DNA of 64,000 nt, taken from NCBI RefSeq assembly GCF_011745625.1, contig NW_027191478.1:1-64000 (forward strand), in the 5' to 3' direction. The notes below the pieces were generated by a model. It searched no databases and was not told where the DNA came from. It was given only the letters and a program-made list of their open reading frames with translations. The DNA is from Cladosporium halotolerans (taxonomy: Eukaryota). A program made the position numbers and the translations under genes. Below are positions 48,410 to 59,288 of this stretch, piece after piece; positions within the stretch are counted from its first letter, which is position 1, and the number at the start of each line of letters is the position of its first letter.

Positions 48410-49760
48410 GATGATCGTCGACCGGTCGCGCCAACGTCATCCGACAAAAGAGCGCCTGAAAACGCAGGTTCCAGTGACTGTGGCGGGTTCCATTGGCATG
48501 GTCAAATCGGGATCCGGGACGACTGAACCGGACCGGAGTCCACGCCTGCTCGCACCCCCAGAACGATACGACGGCCGCGGAGCGCACGAGCAGAGGTCCT
48601 ACGCACGCAGTGTAGCCGCCTTAGGAAGGGAAGAAAGGCTGCGCGCGTCGGCGAGCAGGCGCGACACGCGACTCGGTGTACAGTCCAGAGAGCGATGGCA
48701 ACGCGCGCTCGCGGTGTTCATCAGAAGACTGCAAGGGTCAGATGCCTCGCCGTAAGTCTAGGCGAGAGGCAAAGATGTCCAGCCGGTTCTGTCAGAGAAA
48801 ACGAGAAATGGCGTGGGCGGGCGCTGTAGAAAGTGCAAACATAGGGCCTCTGAAACCTTAGGTACGGTACCATCGTTGATAGCAGCTCGTAAGAAAGAGA
48901 CGCGGAGCCAAGCCAACGAAGACTTTGGATGTAGCGACGCCACTGTACGATCCTTCTCATCAATGTGGTCCTGAATGTGCCCTGCGAGGGTCGGGTTAGC
49001 CCACGAGAGTCGCGCGAAGCCTGAAGCCTCTCATCGCTTGATGAAGCCCTGCTTCGAGCACTGTCATTTGTCGACGCTGAAGCCGCGTTTGAGGGAAGGA
49101 GGTGGCTGGTAGGGTTAGGGTTAGGGTACCACCCCCAAGGTCACTCTCCAGGCAAGGGAGGAAAGGCGTTTAAAACATCGCTTGAAAAAGCATGAACAAG
49201 TGACGAAAGCAGATATTACCGAGGTCAGGTGCGTAGTTGTATGCATCGGGCGGGTGAAACGTCAAAGAAAAGATCTAATATCATCCAGGCAGACGAATGC
49301 TTGCTTCGGCGAGAAAGGATAACAGCCCAGCAGACAGGATTGGGGCATGACGGCCTGCCGTGTACCGCCTCGTAGAAAAGAAAATGCTATGTTGCTGTTG
49401 GACGAATGATTGACGGAACAATTCTGACTATGGTGATTCAGTCCTGTTTTTGGGAAGCTAGAGGGGATGGAGAACGGAATGCAGAGCTGCGAAACCAAAA
49501 TGCTCTGGAAAGGGGCGCCACGGGGTCAGAGAAACAAAAATGCGGATGGACGTTCCCGCAGACATCAACGCAATATCAAGGCATGTAGACCGAGCGTGAG
49601 CGCGACGCATGGAACATTGGAAGAGTGGGCAGCAAGGAAACGAAGCGGAAGACAAGGCATGGCATGCAGATTCGTTTCGTGAGAGAATACATAACAAATA
49701 AAAAGTAGAGGTACCTTGCTTCGTATCATCCACCGATCCCTCTCGACAATAATGTAGCTT

Positions 49761-49797
49761 GGTGGTGGTGGTGGTGGTGCATCTTCTTCTTCTTCTT
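49761..49797. repeat. Adjacent (GGT)n and (TCT)n microsatellites
   Basis: GGTGGTGGTGGTGGTGGTG followed by TCTTCTTCTTCTTCTTC, downstream of the PKA-R stop codon. Confidence 0.8.
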
Positions 49798-49920
49798 CCC
49801 TTATCTCCTTCTTGCTGCGGGCTCCCTATTCCTTTCTTGTCGCTATCCTTTCCCAATTCCTCGCTCTCCCGGCATTTCTCACACCTCTATCTTTCTCCTC
49901 TTCCCCTCTTTCCCCACCAT

Positions 49921-51300
49921 TCATCTCGTCGCATCATCGCTCCCCGCGTTCTTATTCCTCGGATCGTCGCGGCGCATGATACTCTCGACTGGACCCAGCA
50001 ACCTCTGGAAGCCATCCTTGCCCAGGGTAGCGACCTTGACCTCGCTCTTGCTCACCACGCTCGCAGCACGGGGCTTGTCCTCCAGCAGGGCGAGTTCGCC
50101 GAAATAGTCGCCCTTGGCGTAGGCCTTGAGCGGCTGGTCGGAGCCGCGCTTGAAAGCCTCGGCCTCGCCGGCCTCGAGGATGTAGAACTTGTCGCCCTGC
50201 TCGCCCTCGCGGATGATGTGGGAGCCGGCCGGGAACTTGTGGGTGTCGAGGGCGTCGGCGATCTTGCTGCGCTCGTAGGGGGTGAGGGAGGCGAAGAGCG
50301 GGACTTCCTCGAGGAAGGACTCGTACATCCTGCGGCGCTGGAAGGCCGAGTCCATGAGGATGCGGCGGAAGGTGATGCGGTCGAGCTGCCACAGGATGCT
50401 GGGCTCGGTGCTGACGACGGTGGCGGCGCGGGGCGCGTTGTACATGAGGGCGAGCTCGCCGAAGGAGGTGCCGGGGCCGGAGGAGGCGACCATGGCGCCC
50501 ATGCCGTCGGGGCCGGGCTCGACGTGGCCGGTCTTGGAGACGTAGATGTCGAAGTTGCCGCTCTCGACGATGTAGAAGTAGTCGCCGGCGTCGCCCTGGA
50601 CGATGACGCGGACGTCTTTGGCGGGGACCTTGCGCTCCTGCAGGGCCGCGAGGACCTGGTCGCTCTGCTCGTCGTCGAGGTGGGCGAAGAGGAAGTTGTG
50701 GGCGACGGCGGAGCGCAGGCGGGCTTCTTGCTGCTCGGTCTTGGGGTAGGTGGGGGCCTTCCAGTTGGCGTCGTCGGCGGAGGAGGGCGCGAGCGACTCG
50801 GCGGAGACGGAGGTGCGGCGGTTCACGTTGTAGTTGTTGGGCAGCGACTGCGGGATGTCCATGGCGCCGGCGGAGACGGATGCGGGGACGTCTGTCTGCG
50901 AGCCTGCCGCGGGTGTGAAGCCGAAGTTGCCAAAGGAACCTCCGGCGGTGGGAGGCGAGGAGGCTCTGGGGTTGTTGGTGCTGCGGACATTGGGAGGGAA
51001 GGAGGAGGCGGTGGGCGAGGCGAAGTCCTGCTCCTCCTCTTCGGCGACGGACTGCATGCCTCTGTGGGCGGGGGAGGCGGCAGGTGAGGTGGTACCGAAG
51101 GGGTTGTTGCCGGGGAAGGTGTTCTCGGCCATTCCCGAGCTGCTGGAATGGCGCTGGGTGAGGAGGAATTCGGCGCGCTGGCTCTCGAGGCGGCGGTGGA
51201 AGAAGTTGGCGCAGAACTGGAGCAGGTCGTGGGGCTTGTGCTTGAGGACTTCGCGGTCGAGGGCACGGATTTCGTTGGAGTAGTCACTGGGCAGCGACAT
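49921..51300 (-). CDS. BCY1: cAMP-dependent protein kinase regulatory subunit
   Basis: MSLPSDY start; D/D domain (REVLKHKPHDLLQFCANFF), inhibitor site RRTSVSAES, two CNB domains (FGELALMYNAPRAATV, FGELALLEDKPRAASV). Confidence 0.97.
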   Translation of the reverse strand: MSLPSDYSNEIRALDREVLKHKPHDLLQFCANFFHRRLESQRAEFLLTQRHSSSSGMAENTFPGNNPFGTTSPAASPAHRGMQSVAEEEEQDFASPTASSFPPNVRSTNNPRASSPPTAGGSFGNFGFTPAAGSQTDVPASVSAGAMDIPQSLPNNYNVNRRTSVSAESLAPSSADDANWKAPTYPKTEQQEARLRSAVAHNFLFAHLDDEQSDQVLAALQERKVPAKDVRVIVQGDAGDYFYIVESGNFDIYVSKTGHVEPGPDGMGAMVASSGPGTSFGELALMYNAPRAATVVSTEPSILWQLDRITFRRILMDSAFQRRRMYESFLEEVPLFASLTPYERSKIADALDTHKFPAGSHIIREGEQGDKFYILEAGEAEAFKRGSDQPLKAYAKGDYFGELALLEDKPRAASVVSKSEVKVATLGKDGFQRLLGPVESIMRRDDPRNKNAGSDDATR

Positions 51301-52841
51301 GGCGGGCGGGCGGGCAGCGGGCGGCGGAGGCTGCGGTGGAGGGGCTTGGGGCGGAGGAGTGATTATTGGCTGGCGGGCGGTGGTCGCGGGAGGGCGGGCA
51401 GGCGGGCAGGAGGGCGGTGCGGGTCCTTGTGAGGTCACGCCGACGAGGCGCGTCTGGCGAGGAGCACGGCGGTTGGCGGTTGGAGGTGGGAGGGCTGAAG
51501 TGTGGAGATGCCTGACGTATGGAGGGAGAGCTGTGCAGCGGTGATGGAGCTTGATGGGTGTTTGAGAGACAGAGGGACTGAGGCACGTGAGGGGATGCCT
51601 TAAGGAAACAGCAGTTGGAAGTGCATTGGAGTAAGGTAGGTGAGGAGGCGAAGGATGTAGGGCTGCGTGTGTGTCTCTGTCTGTCTGTCTGGCCACCATT
51701 CGCCTGCTGCTTCTGCTTCTGCTCTGTTTGGCGGCGGCCGAGCTGGCCAGCCTCAGCACTCCAGCTGTGCCTGCCACCGCCCGAAGCAAGCCCCAGGCAG
51801 CAAGTGCGGGGCAGACGCCTGAGGTTCAGCTTGCCGGTCTGAGCCTATGTATGTACCTTACTCAAGGTAATAAGGCATTTTGGTGAGGCATCCCAGAAAC
51901 ACCGCTACTGTACGGCGATACATCCATGAGGGCTGCCATTTCTGGCATCATCAGATAACAATGCATCTCTGCAGTGACCGTCTCACGCATTGGCCTGCAA
52001 CTCGCCCAATTGAACGAATGCTCTGCGTATGCTTGCACTGATGCGCTGTCAGCGTCGCTGGTGGGTGGCTACCTCACTCTGTGGACAATCTAGAAATATA
52101 TGCAGGCTAGTGTAAGATGGAGCGTGCTGCCAGGCCACGCTGTGAAGGTACGGCAGGTCACGCTGCCAGAAGATACCTAAGGTAGTAGTAAGCTAGTTTC
52201 TCTGCCCTACCGCACCGCCCCATTGCCACTCCCAGTCTCCCACACGGCGAAATCAAGATGGCATGGCTCGTCCTCTCGCGAACCACGGGCGAGCAGGCGT
52301 CGCAGCGCTTGGCTGCTGGCACTCGGGGCTTCAGCTAGACCTGGCGCTGCAGGCACAGACCCTTGGACAGACACGCCCAACCGCCCGACGCCACAGCTCA
52401 ATGCCACCCGCGTACATATGTAGTCGAGCGGTGCTGCCCTCCCAACGTGCGTGCATGCATGCAGACAGACCGTTTGCCTAAGTACATTTCTCTTCACACC
52501 TGACATACACGCATACACTTCTCTTCACACTTGATATACTTTACACCCGTGGACGGACACGAGAAGAATACCTACGACTCCCACCTCCCCAGCCCGCAAA
52601 ACATCTGGGTGTCGGCTCGCTCGCACCGGCGCAGGTCTCGCCTCGGCGAACTTCCAGCCTCCCCGCCCGGCCAGGCTTAGCTCGCGGTAGCTTTGCGCCG
52701 CCCATCCCCTTCGCCATCGCGACACCGTCACCGCGCATTATCACTACCGCTGCCCTTCGCCCACGCCCTCAACCCACCACCGCGAGGCATTGCACACTCC
52801 CACCGCCGTCCGCCCTCGCTCCGCCCCGCCCTCGCGCAACC

Positions 52842-55800
52842 ATGGGCTCCTACACCTTCAGGTGGTACGTTCCGCCGCTCCCGCACGCCGCCGCGCGCTG
52901 CCCGACCAGGGATCCGCTGGCAGAAGCTGGCCTGACGCTCGGTGGAGCTCTGTCACGCTCGCCCAGCTGCCTGCCTGGTCGCGCGCCGTGCTACACCCGT
53001 GCCTTGGAAAAAATCGAGTCCGCGACCGCGCGCTTGCTTGACCACAAGAGCTAACCCTCGCCTGCTTTCGCTTCAATAGGGACCACCCCGCCGAAGAAGT
53101 CTACGTGACCGGCACTTTCGACAACTGGTCCAAGAGCGTCAAGCTGCAAAAAGACGGCGACTCCTTCACAAAGACCGTCGACATCCCCTCCACCACCAGC
53201 GCGGGAACAGTTCACTACAAGGTGCGTTTGGGCGAGACTGAGGCGCCGCGGCTGTCTGGTTGCAGCGCTCAGGCGCGCAAGCACCGCGGCTCTCCCTGGT
53301 GCTTGCCGCACGCCGTCACTCGGCGCTGCGCATGCGAGCCGCGCAAATTACCTTATCTCGCACCCATGCTGACAATCTCCGCGCAGTTCGTCGCAGACGG
53401 CGATTGGAAACACGACCCCAACGGCAAGACCGAGACCGACCACGAAGGCAACATCAACAACGTCATCTACCCTCAAGACCTCAACCCCTCACTATCCTCC
53501 GCCGCCATGTCCTCCACCGGCCCTGAGGCAACGTGAGTCCTCCATTTGCCAGAGCGAACCAGCGCAAACGCTAACCCTCTTTCCAGCACCGCCGCTCTCG
53601 CCGGCAAGCAGCCTCTCGAGCACGAGAAGGACCTCCCTGGTGCCTTCCCCGAAACCCCCGCAGCCACCGAGGACCAGAAAGAGAAGGCATTCTCCGTGAA
53701 CCCCATCCCCGCCTCGGCAGGCATGGGCAACCCGATCGCCCTCGCTGCTGGTGAGAAGGTCCCCGAGTCCTCCACCATCCACACCAACACCATCAACTCC
53801 ACCGTCCACGACGACCCTGAACTCAAGGCCAAGGACACCGAGCAGACCATCAGCGCAGCTCCCATTCCCGCGACCGGCGGCATCGGCAACCCGATCAAGC
53901 TCGCGCCCGGCGAGGAGGTGCCCCACCACAGCAACCTCACTGCCAACACCATCGACAGCAACGTCAAGCTTGACAAGGAGTCGTACGAGAAGAGCGACAG
54001 CGGAGCTCCCCAGCTGCCTCCGGTCCTGACACCCGGCGGCGAGAGCGAGGCGAACGGAAAGAAATCCGTGTTTGGTGGCATTGGAGCCGCCACTACTCCT
54101 GCTTTCATTCCTGAATCTTCCCTCCCCATGGGCGAGAAGGCCGTGTCTGACGTCGGTCCCAACATGTCTTCTGTCGCACCCCAGAGCACTACCAACGAGC
54201 TCGCCGGTCAGCAGCCCATTGAGCCGCGCGGTGTGCCTCAGGTCATCAGTGAGAGCCAGGAGAAGGCCGATGTCGCACCCGAGGCCGCCACCAACCCCGA
54301 GGCTGTCCAGGAGAAGACCCAGGTCGAGGATGAGCTGAAGGAGAAGGTTTCTGAGGAGCCCGCGACCAGCGAGTCCGGTGCTTTCGGCAAGAGCGAGAAG
54401 GGTGTCACTGGCGCCGTTGTTGGCGGCGCGGCTGCTGCGGGCACTGCTGCGGTTGCAGGTGCCGCCGCTCTGCGCAACAAGACCACTGAGACCACCGGGA
54501 AGGACCCTGTCGAGGCTCTCCCTGCGTCTCTTACTGGCACTTCCGACAAGCCCACCGACGCTGCAGGTCTGCCCATCGAGCCGAGCACTGTGCCTCACAC
54601 CGTCGAGGAGAGCCAGGAGAAGGCCAACGTTGCTCCTGAGGCTTCCGCCAACACAGAGGCTGTCGTCGAGAAGGCTGATGTTGAGGATGAGCTGAAGCAG
54701 AAGGTGCCTGAAGAGCCTGCCACTTCCGAGTCCGGCTTGCTCGGAAAGAGCGAGAGCAACAAGGGTGTTGTCGGTGCCGTTGCTGGCGGTGCCGCGGCTG
54801 CTGGTACTGCTGCCGCCGCTGGCGCCTACGCCCTCCGCCAGAAGACCACCGAGCAGACCGGTACCGACCCCGTCTCCAAGCTCCCGCAGTCCGTCCAGGA
54901 CAGCATCAACAGCATGAACAGCAAGGGCACCACCGCGCCTGCCGTCACACCCACTCCCGCGTCCACTCTCGATACCTCCAAGGATGCCACCCTGCCTCAG
55001 CAGACTGCCGTTGGTGAGCCCGTCACCGTGCCGGCTGAGAAGAACGCGCCTTCGGCTGTCAGCGGAGTTCCTGAGGAGGTCACCACTTCCCAGAAGGAGG
55101 CTCACGTCCCTGCAGAGGCCGCTGCCAACCCTGAGGCTGTTCAGGAGAAGCAGGCGGTGGAGAAGGAACTGAAGTCTGAGCTCAAGCCTGTCGAGGCGAG
55201 CGGTGAGCCTGCGCCCACCGTGGCCGCTGCCACTACTGCGACTGCGCCTGCTGCTACTTCTTCTGGTGCTCCTCAGCTTTCCGAGCCTGCCTCTGTCTCT
55301 CCCATCTCCATGGAGAATGACAAGCCCAGCAATGGTACGACTGTCGCTGCTGTTGGTGCTGGTGCTGCTGGCGTTGGTGCCGCCGCTGTGGGTGCTACTG
55401 CGCTCACCAACAAGACCAACGACACGGACGTCGCCGGCTCCAAGGAGCTCAACGCTCCCGCAGACGCACCGGCCAAGACCGAGGTCCAGGACAAACTGGC
55501 CGCTCCGGAGCAGCAGACACCGCTTGATAGTAGAGACGTCTCGCCCATGTCCCGCGTCGCGACCAAAAACCACCCCGAAGGCGCCAGCAGCGGCCCGGCC
55601 GTCACCACCGGCGTCGACAGCGAAAATGTGCCCGCCGAGTCCAAGCCCGAGAGCAGCACCGCCGAGACCACCGCTTCCAAGCCCGTCGGCTCCCGTCCCG
55701 AGGTCTCCAACAGCACGCCGCAGAAGCGTGGTTCCTTCATGGACAAGCTCAAGGGCACCCCGGAGAGCACCAAGACCAGCACCACGACCGGCGGCGAGAG

Positions 55801-55858
55801 CCAAAAGAAGCGTAGGAGCTTCTTCGGCAGGATCAAGGACAAGCTGAAGTCGACGTAG
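52842..55858 (+). CDS. CBM48/AMPK-beta glycogen-binding domain protein (Mdg1/Crp1-like) with repetitive disordered tail
   Basis: Exons 52842-52864, 53080-53221, 53387-53532, 53587-55858; FRW..EVYVTGTFDNWSK..YKFVADGDW..NINN; PGAFPETP; C-terminal KKRRSFFGRIKDKL. Confidence 0.9.
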
Positions 55859-56003
55859 ATACCCTCTTCCTCTTCCGCTTGCACCTTTCTTCCTTTGCCC
55901 ATTGATTGCATCCTATCTTCTTTTACCTCTCGAGCGGGATTCATTTCTGCGGGCGTTTCTTGGTTTTTGTTTCTTCTTGCTAATCCCGCGTGTGTACCAA
56001 CAG

Positions 56004-56712
56004 GCGGAGCGTTTCGCGGCCGCGCGAGCCCGTCGTCGTCGGCCCGAGCAGCGAGCAGCCCGGTTCAGAGGACGACGAGGCCGAAGCGACCGAAGCCCAA
56101 CCCAAAACCCAGCCTAAAGCAAAATCAGGAAGAGCAGACAGCTCCGCCTTCGACCCGACGGCCGCCGCTTTCGTCCCAAGCAGTCCTCCTCCAGCCCTCC
56201 CTCAACAAAACCAACACGAACGCCACTCTCCTCCCATCCACCAACAGTCCTCACACCAACCCCGCTCCCCACCCGCCACCCAACAACACCGCTCCCCACC
56301 TCTCCACCGCACCCCCTCCATCTCCTCCTCACACCTCCTCTCCAGCTCCCCAGGCCGCCTCGTCTACGCCGCGCGCTCCGGCGCCGTCGCCGTCCTCGAC
56401 GAGCCCATCGACAGCCTCCTCGCGCGCCTCGACGACGAAGCGAACCTGTCCGACGACTCCGGCGCCGACTTGGGCGGCGTGCACGAGGAGGACGCCCCGC
56501 CGCCCGCGGGCTTCGAGTGGCTGCCGCCTGATGTTGAGGTGGAGGTTGAGTGGATTGGGCGGATTGGGGGGGAGGAGTGGGAAGGCGGAGAAAGCGGGGA
56601 GGAGGGGGTGGACATGAGTGCGGCTGGCGCAGTGAGGTTGCCGTACAGGGTTAGGGTGGACAGTGGGGAGGAGATTGCTGAGGTTGAGGAGGGGTTGAGT
56701 CCTTCGGGTTGA
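56004..56712 (+). CDS. ATG-less putative terminal exon (acidic/Pro-rich, PAM2-like motif)
   Basis: Branch site GCTAAT 55979-55984 and acceptor CAG ending 56003; open frame to TGA 56710-56712 with GC3-rich codons and SAFDPTAAAFVPSS; no ATG until near the end. Confidence 0.45.
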
Positions 56713-57108
56713 TTGCCTTTTCCTCCGCTCTGGTGGTGGAGGTCGGGAGTGAACGCCTCGCTCGCTCGCTCGGTCCGCGGGACCTTTCTCTGCTCTGCTC
56801 TGCCCTGCTTGCTATCGTTTCCCGCCTTGCTTACCCGCTGTTTCTTGTTTTCAGTCTTGTCGTCTATACCACTTGTCGCGTTTTCATGCCGCAGCAGAAA
56901 GGAAAGACAGTCATTTTTTTGGTCGGAGGTTGTAATTAATGCGTACAGTCGAGTCGTTCGTTGTGAAGCCATTTGCCGCGAGCACTGACTGGTCTTTTGG
57001 AGAGTCGGGGGTCGGGTCACCTTATTAGACTGGGTTATTACTGGTTAGGTAGGGGTTAGGTAGGATACGGGGGTGGTAATTCTTTCACATTATTGATCCG
57101 ACTGCCAT

Positions 57109-57132
57109 TTCCACTTCCACTTCCACTTCCAC
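57109..57132. repeat. (TTCCAC)4 tandem repeat
   Basis: Read directly from the sequence; short GGTA repeats lie nearby. Confidence 0.8.
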
Positions 57133-57926
57133 TGCCCCTTCCACCTCGATCTCTCCCATTGCTGAGAGGTGTGTGAAGATAGATGGGTCTTTGTGCTCAG
57201 GTAGGTAGGTAAGGTACTTCCGCTGCCCTGCGTACTCTCCATGCCCTCCGCTGAACTGCCCTGGCCTCGCTCGAGCAACTGGAACCGTGCGTTTCTCTCC
57301 TACGAGGCTCGTGGCTTGGCCTCCGAGACCGGCTTTGACGTTGAGGAAGATGGACGTCCTGCAATTCGATCCAAAATGGTTTGCAGGCGGACATGAAGCA
57401 TGCATCGACTTGTAATCAGCAGGAGCATAATTCAGCTTGCAGGGGAGTTGGCGAGGGAGAGGGACGGGATCGGGCAACGGAAGTCACGCAAGGGATGTCT
57501 GTCATCTTCACTGCTGTGCTCAGGCCAGTGAAGCAAGGGAGGGGATGGGGGGCGAGAAGACCAGCATCGCCAACATCAAAGCAAGCTTCGGTAGTCGTGT
57601 CCTTGCGTTTATCTTGTAATTCTATTGGTGGGTTTCTCTTTTTGCTTTTGGTCTATCGTACAAAGAGACGGCGACAAATGAACGCTCACGCTCGTGGGTA
57701 CTTTTAACCCTCTTTCCTTTCCGTGTATCGTTTTGCTTTTGGCGCGGCGCAATCCGTTGCAGTCTCCTCCCTGTGTCGGAGGGCGGTTGCTTTTCGTCCA
57801 TCCTATGGCTTCCCTTCTCGGATTTCACAAATCTTCCCAGGCTATGAAGCAGCGCTCGCAGAGCTCCTTTTTGCTTCTTCAACAAATTCCGCCTCCCCTG
57901 ACAACCAACGGCCTCCCTCACCCACC

Positions 57927-59288
57927 TCACGCCTGCCACCCGTTCGGCCCACCCCAGTTGCCCCTGACGTGCGCCGCGCGGTACACCCACGGGAAAAAGT
58001 CCTTCTTCAAATGATAGAACGAGCGGCGCGGCACCGCCTGGTCGACGCCGAACAAGCGCCCGAACGTCTCCTTCGGCTCGCCGCCGTACTTGAACTCCGC
58101 CAGCATCACCTTGCCGTACTCCGTCAGCAGCGGGCAGGACGTGTAGCCGTCGTAGGACGCGTCCAGCGCCGCGCCGGGGCCGGCCTCGAGGCTGCGGAGC
58201 AAGTTCGTCACGAGCACGGGCGCCTGCGACGTGATGGCCGCGACGGTCTTGGAGGTGGGCAAGCTGGAGGCGTCGCCGGCGGACCAGACGTTGGGGTACT
58301 TGGAGTGCTGGGTGGTGGAGTCGGAGACGGCGACGTAGCCGGCGGGGTTGGCGAGGGGGGAGGAGGCGAGGAAGGCGTGGGGCTTGTTCTTGGGGGCGAC
58401 GTGCAGGAAGTCGAAGCGCTTCTGGACGGGCTCCGGATTGTTGGCCTGGGCGAAAGTGGCGGTGTTGGTGCTGTTGTCGATGGAGACGAGGTCGTGCTGG
58501 AAGAGGCCGGCGACGCCGCGCGCCTTGCGGATCTCCTCGAGCGCCGCGCTGTACTTGGGCACGCCGAACATGGCGGGCAGGCCCGTGGCGAAGTCGACGG
58601 TGATGGCGGAGCTGGAGGGGTTCGCGGGGTTGAAGAGGCCGGCCTGCGCCCAGGCGTCGGTGGCGAGCCACATGATCTTCTGGGGCGCGCCGGCGCACTT
58701 GACGACGCCGGCGGGCTGGGTGAAGATGGCGTGGCCGCGGGTGAACTGCTTGATCGTGCGGTTGGCCTTGTCGCAATACCTGTAGTCGTAGATGGTCGAG
58801 ACGAGCGAGTTGGGGTCCTCGAGGGCCTGGTCGAGGCCCTTGACGCTGCCGAAGTCGAGGGAGATGCCGGGGACGACGACGAGATGCTCGTAGGACAGTT
58901 TGTCGCCGTCTTCCAGGGTGAGAGTGTTCTGCTCCGGAGTGAAGGTGCTGGCCGCCTTGTTGTAGAATTTCAGCTTAGGGTCCAGGATGCTCTTGAGGTC
59001 GAGACGAAGGTCTTCCTTGTTCTTGAGGCCGCCACCGACGAGTGTCCAGCCGGGCTGGTAGTGGTGCCATTTTGCCGGGTCAACGATGGCGATGTCGTCT
59101 TCCTTGAAGCCACCACGACGCAGAAGTTGGTGGCTGATCGCTGTGCCTGCCGCACCACCGCCAATAACGACGATCTTGTGGTTGCGTGTGGCGCTGCTTA
59201 CTGGGGCAACCGTTGCGAAAGTCCGGCTGCGTGCTGATTGCGCGAAGGCCGAGCGAGCGCCCTTGGCTATGGGGGTACAGCGCATCAT
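57927..59288 (-). CDS. SQOR: Sulfide:quinone oxidoreductase, mitochondrial (Hmt2-like)
   Basis: Presequence; VVIGGGAAG, HHYQPGWTLVGGG, redox cysteines in KCAGAPQK and YDGYTSCPL, SKTVAAITSQ. Confidence 0.95.
   Translation of the reverse strand: MMRCTPIAKGARSAFAQSARSRTFATVAPVSSATRNHKIVVIGGGAAGTAISHQLLRRGGFKEDDIAIVDPAKWHHYQPGWTLVGGGLKNKEDLRLDLKSILDPKLKFYNKAASTFTPEQNTLTLEDGDKLSYEHLVVVPGISLDFGSVKGLDQALEDPNSLVSTIYDYRYCDKANRTIKQFTRGHAIFTQPAGVVKCAGAPQKIMWLATDAWAQAGLFNPANPSSSAITVDFATGLPAMFGVPKYSAALEEIRKARGVAGLFQHDLVSIDNSTNTATFAQANNPEPVQKRFDFLHVAPKNKPHAFLASSPLANPAGYVAVSDSTTQHSKYPNVWSAGDASSLPTSKTVAAITSQAPVLVTNLLRSLEAGPGAALDASYDGYTSCPLLTEYGKVMLAEFKYGGEPKETFGRLFGVDQAVPRRSFYHLKKDFFPWVYRAAHVRGNWGGPNGWQA

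Noticed and set aside
51301..51789. 163-aa in-frame N-terminal extension of PKA-R in the ORF track
   Set aside because: It has a non-ATG start and low-complexity C-rich 5' UTR composition; the D/D domain begins right after ATG 51300.
55895..56617. Alternative + frame (240 aa) over the orphan exon
   Set aside because: It is P/T/S/R-biased off-frame sequence; the frame ending at 56712 has better codon usage and a recognisable motif. A phase-1 donor at 55812 could reach it, so it is not fully excluded.
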